Shown in pieces: positions 24,844-38,020 of a stretch of 64,000 bases of DNA (within the stretch, counting starts at the first letter, position 1; the number at the start of each line of letters is the position of its first letter). This DNA is from Lepidodermella squamata. Taxonomy: Eukaryota; Animalia; Gastrotricha. Below the pieces are notes generated by a model. It was not told the origin of the DNA. It saw only the letters and a list, made by a program, of their open reading frames with translations, and did not search any database. The stretch spans positions 1,612,001 to 1,676,000 of the forward strand of contig JBLDXI010000025.1 in NCBI GenBank assembly GCA_047495785.1, in the 5' to 3' direction. The translations under genes were made by a program, and so were the position numbers.

Positions 24844-27206
24844 ATGAAGACGGTGGTAATTTCCTTGGTTCTGGTTTTGGCGTTAGCTCACACATATGGC
24901 TTGGTATGTAGAATAAGTTTTTATTTCGTGGAGCTTCAACTCATTTGCCGTTAAAATTACTGTTTACGCAGCCTTTGCAAGAGCGCCGTGATGGCCGTGA
25001 TCCTGAAGTGATGAAAATTTTGGAGCAAATAAATGCGATAATTCGAGCGAAGCACAACCTGACCAATCGCAACGTTCGTCTGCATTTTAGCGGAGCTTAA
25101 TCGATTTCTCGCTTTTCTTATTTTCTGATCTAGCGTGCGACAGCGGTTGACGAGCAGTCAGCCACACTAGCTGATGATCTTTACGATGACATTCGCTACA
25201 CTCGAGAGGGCGCTCTGGCATTGCTGAGCGAAGTCAAAAGATCTTACGGCATTCCTGATAATAGCTCCACGTATAAATTTCTTACCTCCTAGAATACCAT
25301 CGTCTAAGTTTTTGTTATGTAATCAAGGTCATACGGAATTTATCCTTACAACCCTAAGTGGACCCTTCCGATCAAGTATTACTTCAGCAGCGACCACTGT
25401 TCGTTTGTAAATGCTGACACATAGTAATTTTATGCCAAACATTTCCAGCGAGCACGGAGAAAGACACTATCCGAGCCGGTCTTAAGTGGTGGTCCGATCA
25501 AAGTTGCATATCCTTCACCGAGTTGTCGAGCTCCCCCGGTAGCACTCAGCACTTGAAAATCATCCGAGGCAGTGGGTAAATTAGAAAGACCGAAAAATGA
25601 ATTTCTGATACATCTTTCTTTCGGGCTTATAGATGCTACTCATACCTTGGTGTCCAATACCCCAATGGGCAGGACCTATCACTCGGAAATGGTTGCACAT
25701 CCAGGGTATTGCCCATTTCCCGAAAAATTAGACAGCACCGTGCTAATGGTCATACTTATAATTTATAGCCCGGTACTGCAGCTCACGAAATCGGACATGC
25801 TCTAGGATTGTGAGTGCTATCCATTATTGTATTTATTTTACGTAATTATACCTTAACCTACAGAAATCACGAGCATCAGCGACCTGATAGAGATACTTAG
25901 TAAGATTTGCCCCATAAAAATTAATGCAGGAAATATATCTCAAAATGTCTAGTTTGGAAATTGTAATGGAGAATGTTCAAGCGTGAGTTAGCTCTGCTTG
26001 TAAGAGTCAAATTTTTAGTTAATTAACGATGCAAACCAAATTTAGGGGCAAAGAGAACAACTTTGTCCTCAAGAAACCGAGCCAAGATGTCGACTATGGC
26101 GACACCCATTACGATGTTACATCCATCATGCACTATGACAGCCTGGGATTCAGCGTTGACCACTCGGGAAAGAAGCGAACCATGATTCCGCGAGCACCAA
26201 ATCAAATTACGGCAATCGGACAGACAACTCGACTGTCCTTTTTCGACTTGAAGCGCATCAACTATTACTACGACTGCATAACTTCCATGTGCTCTGGCGT
26301 CAAGTTAGCACAGCCTTGTCAAAATGGAGGCTATCAAGATCCTAAGAACTGCAATCAATGCCGCTGTCCACCAGGCCTCAGCGGAACTTTTTGCGAGGTC
26401 GTCGCTCCACCCGTCAACTTCGGATCTTCTGCCTGCGGTGGCACTATTGTAATTCCAAGCTGCTCAATGCAAACACTTCAGGTATAAAAATATTGGCACT
26501 CAACAATTATTCGCATAAGAAGCCATAATTACAGCTTCCAACGTATCCAAAATCTTTCCCAAGCGATGCGGCTTGTACATGGAAAGTTACGGTGAGCTTC
26601 ATTCTTGGGCTATAGATGAAATGTAAGAGTTTTGTCACAGACCTCAAGTTGCGGTTTGGTATTTGCGTTCGAGAAAACGCCCGATATGTCTTGCAACAGT
26701 GCGGATACTTGCTACGAATATCTTGAAGTTCGGACGAACAGCTCTCTAATGACGATGCCTGGTAAAATGTAAGAAACTCGTTGCTTCGGTTATTGCGAAT
26801 TATTAGCTCTCTGCTAAAGTTTCTGCAAGTGCGATCAAAGCAAGGTGCGTATCAACGTTGACGGCAACGAAGCCTACGTGCACTTCCAAAGCTCAAACAC
26901 TAAGAACGGAGCTAAGGGTGGCACCGGGTTCCAGCTGGTAGCCTATGCCACATGTGGCGCAACTCTCGCGTCGGATCTCACGAGCAGTATGATTAGCCAA
27001 GCGGCAAATTAAAAATACTCATTTGTTTTTTACTCCAGCATGTAAGGTGTCTTCATCGGGTTATGAATCGAGCTCCTCTTACCCACGATGCCGTAAGTGC
27101 TTGGAATCTGTCTCATCTTCAATTATTTTGCAATGTTTACTCAGAAACCTCCAATGCACCACAGGGCCCAACCGGCGCTTGCCCAAGCAAGCCGGCCGGA
27201 CAGTAA
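24844..27206 (+). CDS. Astacin (M12A) metalloprotease with EGF and CUB-like domains, ~15 small exons
   Basis: Signal MKTVVISLVLVLALA. Spliced zinc motif HEIGHALGL/NHEHQRPDRD, Met-turn SIMHY, EGF CQNGGYQDPKNCNQCRCPPG, CUB start CGG. 3' exons inferred from splice phases. Confidence 0.88.
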
Positions 27207-28163
27207 TAACTCTACCATTATCGTCGCCATTTTTTCGTAACGTTTCGAACCTAATGGATAGCTTGCTTATTTGAAAATTGGTGGGAATACACCTTATTCC
27301 ATCTGCTGAATGAATAAAAAGTGTACGTAAGGTCTAATTGGATTTTAATTGGATTTTATTGGCGATAATCATGGAAACCGTTTGTTTCGCAAACTGCCGC
27401 GAAGTTGCTACGCCATTGAAACCTAACTGCTGGAATTATGGTGGCTCGCATCTTCAAGGGAAGGTTAAGAACCCGATCAATTCTTAATATTTAATATTTA
27501 AGTAAAATTAACCAGCCAATTTAAAGCTAACCTAAACCCGGCGAGAAGGTGATTCACAAGACCCCAAAAGGCTATCTGCTAGAGCCCTGCATTCTTCAAT
27601 TTTTATACCGACCAGCAATCTCTGGTTCCTGTGAAATATCGGGATCTATCGTCTTCTGTAAGGCAATTGTGTATTTTTATTGGTCTCACATTAGAAGATC
27701 ATGCATAGAAGTAAATAATATTATTACAACATCAGGCAGTATACAATTTAACCGATCGCAATTTAGTTTGTACAGTGGGCACATAAAAAGCGCCCGACCA
27801 GTCATAAATTTTCGAGTCACAAACGACTGCACGTGTTGATGTCTCAGTAGCAAAGGAAAAAATTATTCTGCATAATAATAATAAAGCACCAATATAAATT
27901 AATTAGCATCGAGTGAAGAAAAAATCACGCAGTAGAAGAAAATTATTGCTGAATAATTTTCCGCAATTTAGACAGCTCTTTGAAGCGCTGTTAAGCAAGA
28001 AGGCATCATATATATCAATAAAACCCACGAATTGTTTCGTTGAAGCAAACTTTTATCAGCTAAGAGTTCCAAAACTACAAATTACACTGATAACATTATA
28101 GCACAAGCGTTTTCATTTTCGAGTTCGTTCTGGGATTAAATTGAGTGTTTATTTGTTCTCGAT

Positions 28164-30895
28164 TCAGTTGGTTTTCGGGGCCCAAATTCGAAGGCAAGCG
28201 TCCTGGCCGATAGAGACGAGCGAATCGGCCTGGTACCACGCCACGCCGGTGATGGGTGCCAACGGGTGGGCGCCTCGCACCTGCCCGGGTGATTGCAGGC
28301 GAGCATTTGGCGGCTCGACGCCGTAAATTGTGATCGAAGTATCGACTGAACCAGCGGCGATCTGAGTTGAACAAAAAATATTCAGAATTGGAAAAAACCG
28401 ACATCAGCTTAGAACATCGACTTTTGAATTGGAGGCGAACTATTCTTGAAAAATTTATTTTTCACAATTTCAAGATTTTGAAATTCAAATAAAACTATTT
28501 TCCGATAGTCGAGTGAATAGCTATACCTAATTTCAATTTTTCAAAAGTCAAAATTGGTCAAAATAATTTAAGGATTTTCATTTTTCCAGTTATTCCAATT
28601 AAAATTTGGTTTAGAAATTATTACGTCTCAATTTTATTAAATTTCAAATTAATGAAATAAATTGATTACTCCTATTACTTTAGCCCAAAATAAATGAACC
28701 GAAATTTTGAGTTTGAGAGATTTTTCAAATTAATGATAATTACCGAGCTGGAATCTGGCGACCATGCGATCGAAGTCACTGAAGCGTTGCTGTGACACCA
28801 CTCGTCGCGAATTTCCGGCGCATAGCCCGATGCAACGTTGTAAATGCGAACTCGCCGCTGGTTATCCGACGCCGCCAGGTACTTGCCATCCGGCGAATAC
28901 GCCAGAGCAGTAATAACGCCCTGGTGCGTCACATCGGCCGCTTCAAGGGTGCGCTCGGTCAGCCGGACCTGATTCGCGGCTGGTTCTTCGATTGCGAACA
29001 CGCGAATTCGTTTATCGCTCAGGCCAACGGCGAGCTCACTGCCTGATGGCAGGATTGCGACGGCTCGGAAATTTCCATTAAAAGGCTGAGCGTCCAAAAC
29101 TGTCAATTTCGAACCACCTCGAGCGATGGTAAGCTAGAAAAAATCAAGAAATAAATTACGAATTCACTGATGAAATCAAATTTACGTGATTTAGTCCAGC
29201 AATCGCGACAAAATTCTTGCCAGCAGCGATAGAAATCGGCTGCGAGTCCAGTTTCAGCGATTCGTTGCTGAATGAAACTGATTTCGACTCGGTGTCAAAA
29301 TCCACATATCGCAACGTATCGTCAGTCGCAATTGAAGCGATTCTCACGACTTTCGCATCTCCCGGTAGCACAGCAAGTGATTGAACTTGAACGCCACTTG
29401 CATGTCCGTTCGAGATATCACTCGCAACCCAGCATTCAGCAGTCGCACCGTCCCAGATACGTATAAAAAGAAAAATCGGTAAAAAATATCAAGAAAACTT
29501 TAAAAAAACATATATATTCTGCCGTCAGAACTGCCTGTAGCGAAGAAGACTTTGCTCTTATCAGCAGGGTGGAAAAAGGTAGCCAGAGCCGTGATTGGTT
29601 TGTTATGGCCGCGGAAAGTAGTCTTGACCTTGAGAGTTTTGTTCGCTTCGTCGAAATCCAAGTGATAAATATAGCCGGCCAAGCTAACAACAGCAAGAGT
29701 TGTTGTTTGCCATAACGTTCCAACAAGCATGTCATCGGTGGTTTTGCCAACAATGTATTCAGCAATAAATGCACCAGTAGTAGCGTCGAAAACCTTGGCT
29801 GATTTGTCGCCAGAAGCCGTTAAAAAGTACTTGCTATTAGGGCTGAACGATAGCTGAAATGAGGAAATAAGCTAGTATTTTTCAATCAATTCGAGCGGAA
29901 AATTTACAGCATAAATGCCTCCTGTGTGTGCTGGCTTGCCACTTTCAAGGAGTGCTTCGCCCTTAGAGTCTCCGCTAACAGCGTCGTATAAATAAACGTG
30001 ACCGTCTTGAGTCGCAGCAGCAAGAACAGCTCCATTAGGCGAAAATCGAACACAGTTCACAAAGTTTTTCGCATCTTTCAACATTTTCTTTAGCTTGAAC
30101 GGAGGACCTATAAGAGAACATTGCACAAACTATCAAACGATTCAAGTGGGCTTACCTTCATACAGGTTAGCACTACGATCTTCGCTTCCTGTAGCCAGGC
30201 GGAAAGGTCTATCCAGACGAAAATCGACGGAGTTGACGGCTTTATCGTGACCCATGAGTTCGCCGACCGAAGTTCCACTGTCGTACATAAAAACGTGGCA
30301 GAACTTTTCGCGACCCTCTCCTCCAACAGCGATTCGTCCAGAATCGCCAGACCAGGCGATGTCACGGATGCAGCCGCTCAACGGTTGCAGATCAGCCTTC
30401 AACGGATGTTCGGCTTGAGTTGTGTCCCATACGCGAACCTTTCCGGCAGCGTCTAAAATTAGAGCAATCGTTAAGGATATCGTAGCAGCTAGCCAAATGA
30501 AAATCACCTCCAGAAGCAATGTAAAATCGACTCGGCGAATATTTAGCCACGAAAACTTCTTTAGCATGCTCGGTATAGGTGTCGCATTTAGCAGCATTCT
30601 GAAAAACGTTGATAATAATTTTATTAGCCTCGAATTGATAAGACCACCATACCTCAACATCACGAATAAAAACTGAATTGCCGTTGGTATAGAGAAAAGT
30701 CTTTCCCTGTGGGTCAGGGCCTAGGACGATTCCAGCACCACCTGCAAGAAGCAAGAAACATAAATCTAAGTGACAAATTCCCAGAATTAATCACTTACGC
30801 TTAGTTCGAGGAAGAGAAGCAAATGTGGCCTCTGAAAGTTGGAAAAAAATTAATTGTACGTGAGCAGCGTTGGTTTACTTACTCAAAGTTGCCAT
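28164..30895 (-). CDS. WDR1: WD-repeat protein 1 / actin-interacting protein 1, multi-exon
   Basis: [25 protein letters not shown]...[55 protein letters not shown] and RGHNKPIT are all characteristic of AIP1. Confidence 0.94.
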
Positions 30896-32138
30896 AGTAT
30901 ATCGCGCAAGTAAAAATAAACGTCTACAGCTTAACAAAATTAAAAGGTCATTTCAATATAATTCTTGGCGAATTCGTCCATCTGTGTCCGAAACAAAAAT
31001 AGGGTCCAGTGAGAGACTGGAGTCTCACTAGCTGTCATCTTCTACTTCAAGCTACTTATACTAGACAACTGGAAGCTGGCTCAGCGCTGATTTGAAGGCT
31101 CTAGACATCAATGTGTAGTGAATCATCAAAACTATACCAAAAATGGATACACGGATACTGTCAATAGAAAAGCACAACACAAACCACGAAGGGACTCGGG
31201 ACATAAAAGGCAAAAGGAACCGGAACCGGCTTTCGCAATGAATCATAATTTTCTCAATATTTTAGTCTTGTCATGTATTTATTTTTATTTATCGCCGGAT
31301 GTCCAGTTCTTGAGCTCAAGCATTTTTCTCCCCAAATTTGGATAAAATTGTGGGTTTCGTCAATTTAGCCGCAGTCGATCATTTTGAAAAAAAACGCGGT
31401 TTTTTGGCCTGGGCTTTCTCGAAACGAAACGTGTGTGTTCAGCTGATCTCTGATGCCGTTGGTGCTGACCCATCTATGAGCTTATGGCACACCCGGGGGG
31501 CGTTGTCCGGTTGGACCCCACCCCGCCCACATTGGGGGCCCCAGGGAGCTAGGTAGTTGCCACGAGATGGAGGTAGGCGGTACACTCCACTGTGTCCTGT
31601 GAACTCGGTCAGATGTCCGAAACCCACCTGCTCTGATCAAAGAACGTTCACTGGTTATTTTGTTATCACTAATTCAATTACTTAGTTTCTTCACCATGAT
31701 TATATATGATGCCTCACGTGTTGATATTAGTGCATCTGGCCCCGAGAGCGGCCTCGGCCGGAAGGTGTGCGGTCTATTGTATTGTTGGCCGGTATAAATA
31801 AATCTATAAGTTGCGGCTGTTCGATCTTCGATCTCTCTTTTACTTCAACTCTTTCGCTCATTACCGTACTCTAGGCACCAGGCAGTTGGGATTAACAGTC
31901 GTTATAGAGACAGCCGCATGGTGAAAATCGAAAATCATGCAATTTTGGCTCAATGTGCAATTTGCCTCTAGTCAAAAGTCGGGGCTTTGTGAGCACCTAT
32001 GACTTGAGTTTTTTTTCCATTCAAGTACGATAACTAAAGAAATCAAAATGTCCATCTTAGCAGCTGCCTAACTGTGCTAAACTGCCCATTATCTACCTTA
32101 ATGTAGACTTTTACGATTTTCTTCCTGCTGAATTTCTA

Positions 32139-35100
32139 ATGGAGGCTAGCCGCCCCGCGGAAGAGAAGGAGTTTCTGTTTGTAAGTTTGAAAGATGAACT
32201 GGCAAACATTATTGTAATCAAATTCCATTTGTTAGGCGTTCCAATTTTCGGGAGATAAAGCTAGAAAGGCTCAACAAAGGCTCCGGAAGAACATTTTTGA
32301 CGTTGAAGCATGGAATAATTGCTTAGAGGAAGTCCAGGTAGATTTTCATGGATTTCTATTACTTGGCCTACATTTGCCTTTTAATTACAGTATCGCCCAA
32401 TTCAAGAAGTCCGTCCTGTTTACGAAACACTTGTCGCAAATTTCCCGACGTGTGGTCGATATTGGAAGGTTTACATCGAACATGAGGTTGGTTCACTAGT
32501 ATCCGTTATTATTTCTTATTCATCATCATGTTTCATTGTATTTGTTAGATGCGCCAAAAGAATTACGAGAGCACTGAGAAACTATTCCAGCGCTGCTTGA
32601 CCAAGGTTCTTCACATTGATTTGTGGAAAACGTACCTAGGCTACATCAAAGAAACTAAATGCACTTTACCGTCGTTTCGCGAAAAGATGGTTCAAGCGTA
32701 TGAATTTGCTGTCGACAAAGTTGGACTCGATACTCAGTCATTCCAAATTTGGAACGAGTATATCAAGTTTCTTGGCGACGTGTAAGATATTTACCTGTAT
32801 GCACTGATATTTCTGCAATTTTTACTTCACAGCCCCGCCACTGGATCTTTTGCCGAAAGTCAGCGTATTATTGCTCTTCGGAAGATCTACCAACGAGCTG
32901 TTGCAATTCCTATGGTGAATGTTGAACAGTTATGGCGAGATTATACAACCTTCGAAACTGCTACAAACGCCACACTTGCCAAGAAAATTATTGATGACAA
33001 AAGCCGAGAATACATGAACGCTCGCCGTGTTGCAAAAGAACATGAAGTCGCGACAAAGGGCATCAATCGAAATCAACCAGCTGTGCCATTTATTTCCCTC
33101 ACATTCGCCGGAGCTTCATCTTCAGCCGAACAGCTTCGTCAATTACGGCTATGGAAGCGGTATATCAATTGGGAGAAGGCCAATCCACTTCAAACCGAGG
33201 ACCAGCTTGCCCTAGCTCGGCGTGTTATGTACGCCTATGAGCAGTGCTTACTCTGCCTTGGTTATTACCCCCACGTTTGGCTGGAGGCTGTTGCTTACCT
33301 GCAAGAATCTTCGCGCGCGTTAAATGATAAAGGCGAAACTGCGATGAGTCAGCTTTTCGCTGACGAAGCTTCGAATTTGTACGAGAGGGCAATTACTCAG
33401 TTGATGCATGATAACATGCTGGTTCATTTCGCTTACGCTGATTTTGAGGTAAGGAAATTCGCTGGAAAATTCCATTGGGTTTAAATTGAAATTTTATAGG
33501 AGTCTCGCAACAACATTGCCAAAGTTCATCAGATCTACAAAAAACTGCTGGTCGAGACCAATATCGACCCTACCCTGACGTATGTTCAGTACATGAGATT
33601 TGCCCGTCGTGCTGAGGGCATCAAAGCCGCTCGTCAGGTGTTCAAGCAAGCTCGTGAAGATGGCCGCTCAAATTACCACGTCTTCATCGCAGCCGCTAAT
33701 ATGGAGTACTTCTGCACAAAAGATTCAGCAGTCGCGTTCAAAATCTTTGAATTAGGCCTGAAGCGATACGGAAATAACCCGGATTTTGTCATTGCCTACG
33801 TCGATTACATGTCTCATTTGAATGAGGATAACAATACGCGAGTTTTATTTGAGCGAATTTTATCATCCGGGCAACTTCCGTCTGATAAAAGTCTCGAGGT
33901 TTGGAACGCGTTTCTGTCGTTCGAGTCGGAAGTCGGCGATTTAGCCAGCATTTTGAAGGTGGAAAAACGGCGGTTACAAGCCACCTTAAAGCCCGGGTCT
34001 GAGACCTGGGAAGATACCGCCCTGATGATTGATCGGTATAAATATGCGGATCTATACCCGGTGACTCAGAGTCAAATGGAAGCTATCGGTTACACAGATT
34101 TCAGCCGCCGATCTGTCCAGCAGAGGAATTCTAGTGAAAAACCGGAAGCGGCCCCAGCTGCTGGTTCAGCCCCGTCCAGATCGACTACAGCTGCCCCGTC
34201 GACGTTAGGCGCGGTAGCTTCAGGGATTGTTTCAGCATCAGCTTATCGATTTTCTATGCCTGATACTAGTCAAATGTTCCCATTTAAGCCCAAGGCCCTA
34301 GCGCCGTCCGGGTCGCACCCGGTGCCGGGCGGGGTTTTCCCGTTGCCCCCGGCCGCAGCTCGTCTCATGCAAATGCTACCGCCGCCGACTTACTTTCAAG
34401 GGCCGTTTGTTGACGTTGAGAAGTTTTGCGAGATTTTCAAGAAGTGCGAACTGCCGGATGAAAGCGAGGTGGTGCAGGGTAATGTCGGCTGGCCGCAGGG
34501 TCGCCTCGACCCGGGCACCAAAGCAACGGTCGACGCAATGCTTCACAGTAAGTTTTACCTATATTATAAATTGGCGACAATCAGCATGAATTGCTTTTAA
34601 CGTCTAAATTTTGAGAAATTAGAAACCGCGGATATTTGTTTCGGGTATTTGAATGACAAGATGAAGAGAGAAGTAAATCATTCCAATCTCGGATTTTCAA
34701 ATAATTTAACCTTTCCAATGGAAGAAAGCTATTGTTTTGAACGTAGACGAGACCAGCGAACGCATCTGTTAGGTTTTTGTCAATTTCCCAGTAGTCTCGC
34801 TCGAAACGGGCGGAATCTCCAGGTTCTAGGCCGATTTCGACCACATCCAGCTGTTTACTCATTTTTCACATGTTCTTCCCATTTTGTCATCACTTCATCA
34901 CACCATCCTGTTTCGACTGAGTTAGCTGAAAGAAGTTGAGCACAAAGCAGAGAGCCTATTTTCGAAAGTCTAGGGTTGGTGTTAGTTGGAAAGGTTGACA
35001 AAATGGCTCAGTGAAACCTTGATTGTCCGTCTTACACGGTTCCACGAAAAACCTGCCGAGAAGTCAATTTTCGCTCGGCTGTGTTCAGAGGTTGCATCTT

Positions 35101-36924
35101 GCTAGTAGTGTTTTTCGGCAAGAAGACGAGTTCACCGGAAATCAGGAAATAGTTTGAAGCTTCCTCCGAACGTAGGGTGAGAAAACCTTGCAGATTTTTT
35201 CTCAACTCTGGGATGACTGTAGACTTTCCGCATGTTTCTAAGGCGTTATCCAAATCTCTCGCGTCGGTATATCCAATATGCCCTTGATAGCAAAGCTTGA
35301 TAAATCGTTTGTATCGCGGCCTCGCTGCAGCATGAGGAATTTCGGTTCCATGCTGATTTTCGGCGCAAACATCGATCACCTTGGATGCAGTAGGAGCCGT
35401 ATTTTTTCTATATTATTAAACACATATTTCAGGAAATGTTTAAATAAAACACTTAAATCCACCTTAATCAAGCAATTTTCGAAGCTGAATGTGCAGTTGG
35501 TGTTCAAGATTGCCCCAGTTTTCGAATTTTCTGCGCACAGATGTAAAGGCTACTTTCGTCGTCATAGGCGGTAGCCTCGATGAGAATGCGTCCGTTTGTG
35601 AGACTGTAACATAATAGTTGACACATTTCGTCAAATTTCAAGTTTTATAGAGTCACTGCTCATCTTGTTATACGACTTCTTAGTCGCTTTCACAATGCGA
35701 TAGCGTAAACAAGGGAGTATAAAAGTGCTTAAAATTAAAGCGCAAAAAGACAAAATCAGGATTTCACAAGAGCGTAGTGGAGCGAACGAGACCGTAACAT
35801 TATTTTTTTCTTGCGCATATCTCGTAAAATATGTCAGGGAGCAGCCGGCGCCAATAGATCGCCTTTATGGAGCACTAGATGAGCCGAATAATGAGACTAC
35901 CCTTTAGATCGTATTCAAATTTTTTGGAAAAATCACGACCTTTTCTTGCCCTGGCCGAGCACAATGCGACGATTTCCTCATTTTCGTTCAAATACTTCCT
36001 CAAATAGAGATACAGCCATGTGCCAATCTCGCCTCGCGCTCCTAATTGCTATTGTTATTATCGGGAGACAAATATTATGAAGGCGGGTGAGGAGGGGGTT
36101 TCGCAGTCAAGAATGGTAAAACAATGCGTGTTTAATTTCCGATGGTACATGGATGGAAGGAAATTTGCAACATTGAGTCTGTCAAAAAAGAAGCTATTAG
36201 TTGGAAAAAGTGTGGAAACGATTTTGCGAACCTTTTGAAAACCTATATCGAATTGCAAGAAAATGGATTTGGGCTGATTATAGTTCCATTGTCCAGTGAG
36301 GCCTTGGCTTCCTGAACTCGAATGGGCGGCTGTGATCTTTTTCCCGCTGATGCTTAGCGTAGGAAGCATCGTTGCAGTCACGCTCAGCTTTATACATCAT
36401 TGAGAATCGCGCACAAACTAAGCATCAAAAGTATTGCTATTTTAACCGAATTAAGTTACGGATAGCGTTCAGATATTCTCGAGCATTTCTAGGCTGTAAT
36501 TTGAAGTTTGCCCTGAATTGACACCTGAATGATTCATAGTAGAACTTGGAAACACCAGCCTGTGTGCGCCAAGAAATCTATTCATCTATGTTGCCTAAAT
36601 CGACTGTATTTTTTAGGTGCGACTGCCCCGAATTCCATGGTCGGCAGCCAACCGGCGGCCGCGCCAGCCCGTCGCCGCACTCGCCCCGCGCCCGGCACCG
36701 TCGACCCCGATCAAATTCAGTTCAGCGACGATGACTCATCGTCGCTGCCCGCCCTGCCGGCCGCTTACCAGTTGGCTCAAGCAGCGGCGAACCCGATGAC
36801 GCAACCGTCGCCGCAAACTGCTCAAAACGTGTTCTTCCCGGCCGGCGGTGACATCTATCGCATGCGGCAGCAGAAGAAGGCGCGCACCGAGCTGCTGCAA
36901 ACATCGGCGACGGGTTCAAACTGA
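32139..36924 (+). CDS. CSTF3: Cleavage stimulation factor 77 kDa (HAT repeats); last intron 34548-36616
   Basis: [64 protein letters not shown] and the C-terminal DIYRMRQQK motif. Confidence 0.95.
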
Positions 36925-38020
36925 TCAAAGTTTACGGCAGATATTCTAGAAGTATAAGACAGTTTCCTCGGTACATACCTACTACGTCAGACGTCGAACT
37001 GCTGTGAACGCGCTCCAACAAAACGTGTTGTTATATATCGAGGACGTTACACATGTATGCGGTTGCGTGTATACTTTCTCAATCGAATATTCGAATTTTT
37101 GTTTGATAAATTGTATAAAAAAAGCAATAAATTTTTGGTCAATTATTTTTTGGCCCAACGGTTTTTTGCTATTTCACCATGTCATTGGTCAGATTTTTAT
37201 TCCTGATGCTCGAAAAAACTAGAGTAAGCTCCGGTTAAAACTTGGTTGGCTGTGGGAATGAGGTTCAGAAGGCATACACGGTGATATAAACTGGTCGCTG
37301 TAATTCTGACGAAAGAACGGGCTGGCCACGAATCGGTTTCTGATCATGCGAGGACACGAATTTGGACTAAAGTTTCTATTAGGTTGAAAGGAATTGAGTG
37401 CAGCAGTGCCTTGAAGTTAGAGCCAAGAATGCTGATAGAATTGAGTATTTGATATTTCTCCTCAATTCACTCGACGCCTGATGGCGCTGAAAAGGTAAGT
37501 TAATTCGCGAGGGGTAGAATGCAAATGAGTTTTGGCTAAGTTCACCTCATCAATTTGTTTTAACGTTATAATTGCTCGGCTGCAAAATGTGCAAATATGG
37601 GGAGCGGCGTCTCCGGGAAATTTTCCCAAGCCTGGAAAAAATTGGAGATTTCCAGAAAAAAATCCCTATTTCCATGAGCTCTCTTCGCTATCCGGGGATC
37701 ACTTGATTTGGGTGAATTTTCGTGATACAATGCTCGAAATCCGCCATCAAATACCTAGTCATACATTAACATACAGCCAATTGCCGTAGTCATTTTTAGC
37801 CTAAAAATTAATGCCTAATTTCAGACGGCTCTAGTGAACATGGGCGACTCGATCTGTGATACACCAGAGGATTTTATGTAATTTCATGTGATTATCTGAT
37901 ATGAAATAATTGCTAGAAAACAATGTCCCCAATGACTCCTATTTCACCGGATCAGTTCGACTTGGTAAATTCGCAGTTTTCGAATAATTTCATACCCTCA
38001 ATAGTATTAGGTAAACACTG

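Noticed and set aside
27483-27501. Perfect AT palindrome CTTAATATT-T-AATATTAAG, and short tandem duplications (e.g. ~18245-18272, ~27335-27358)
   Set aside because: They are short and AT-rich, which is expected by chance or slippage, and have no functional context.
31575-31630. Hammerhead ribozyme (GTA - stem - CTGTGA - stem - GAAAC)
   Set aside because: The catalytic core CUGANGA is not intact and the spacing is wrong.
31690-31925. MITE defined by the 9-bp inverted repeat TTCACCATG/CATGGTGAA
   Set aside because: The repeat is short, there is no clear target-site duplication, and there is no second copy in the window. It may be chance.
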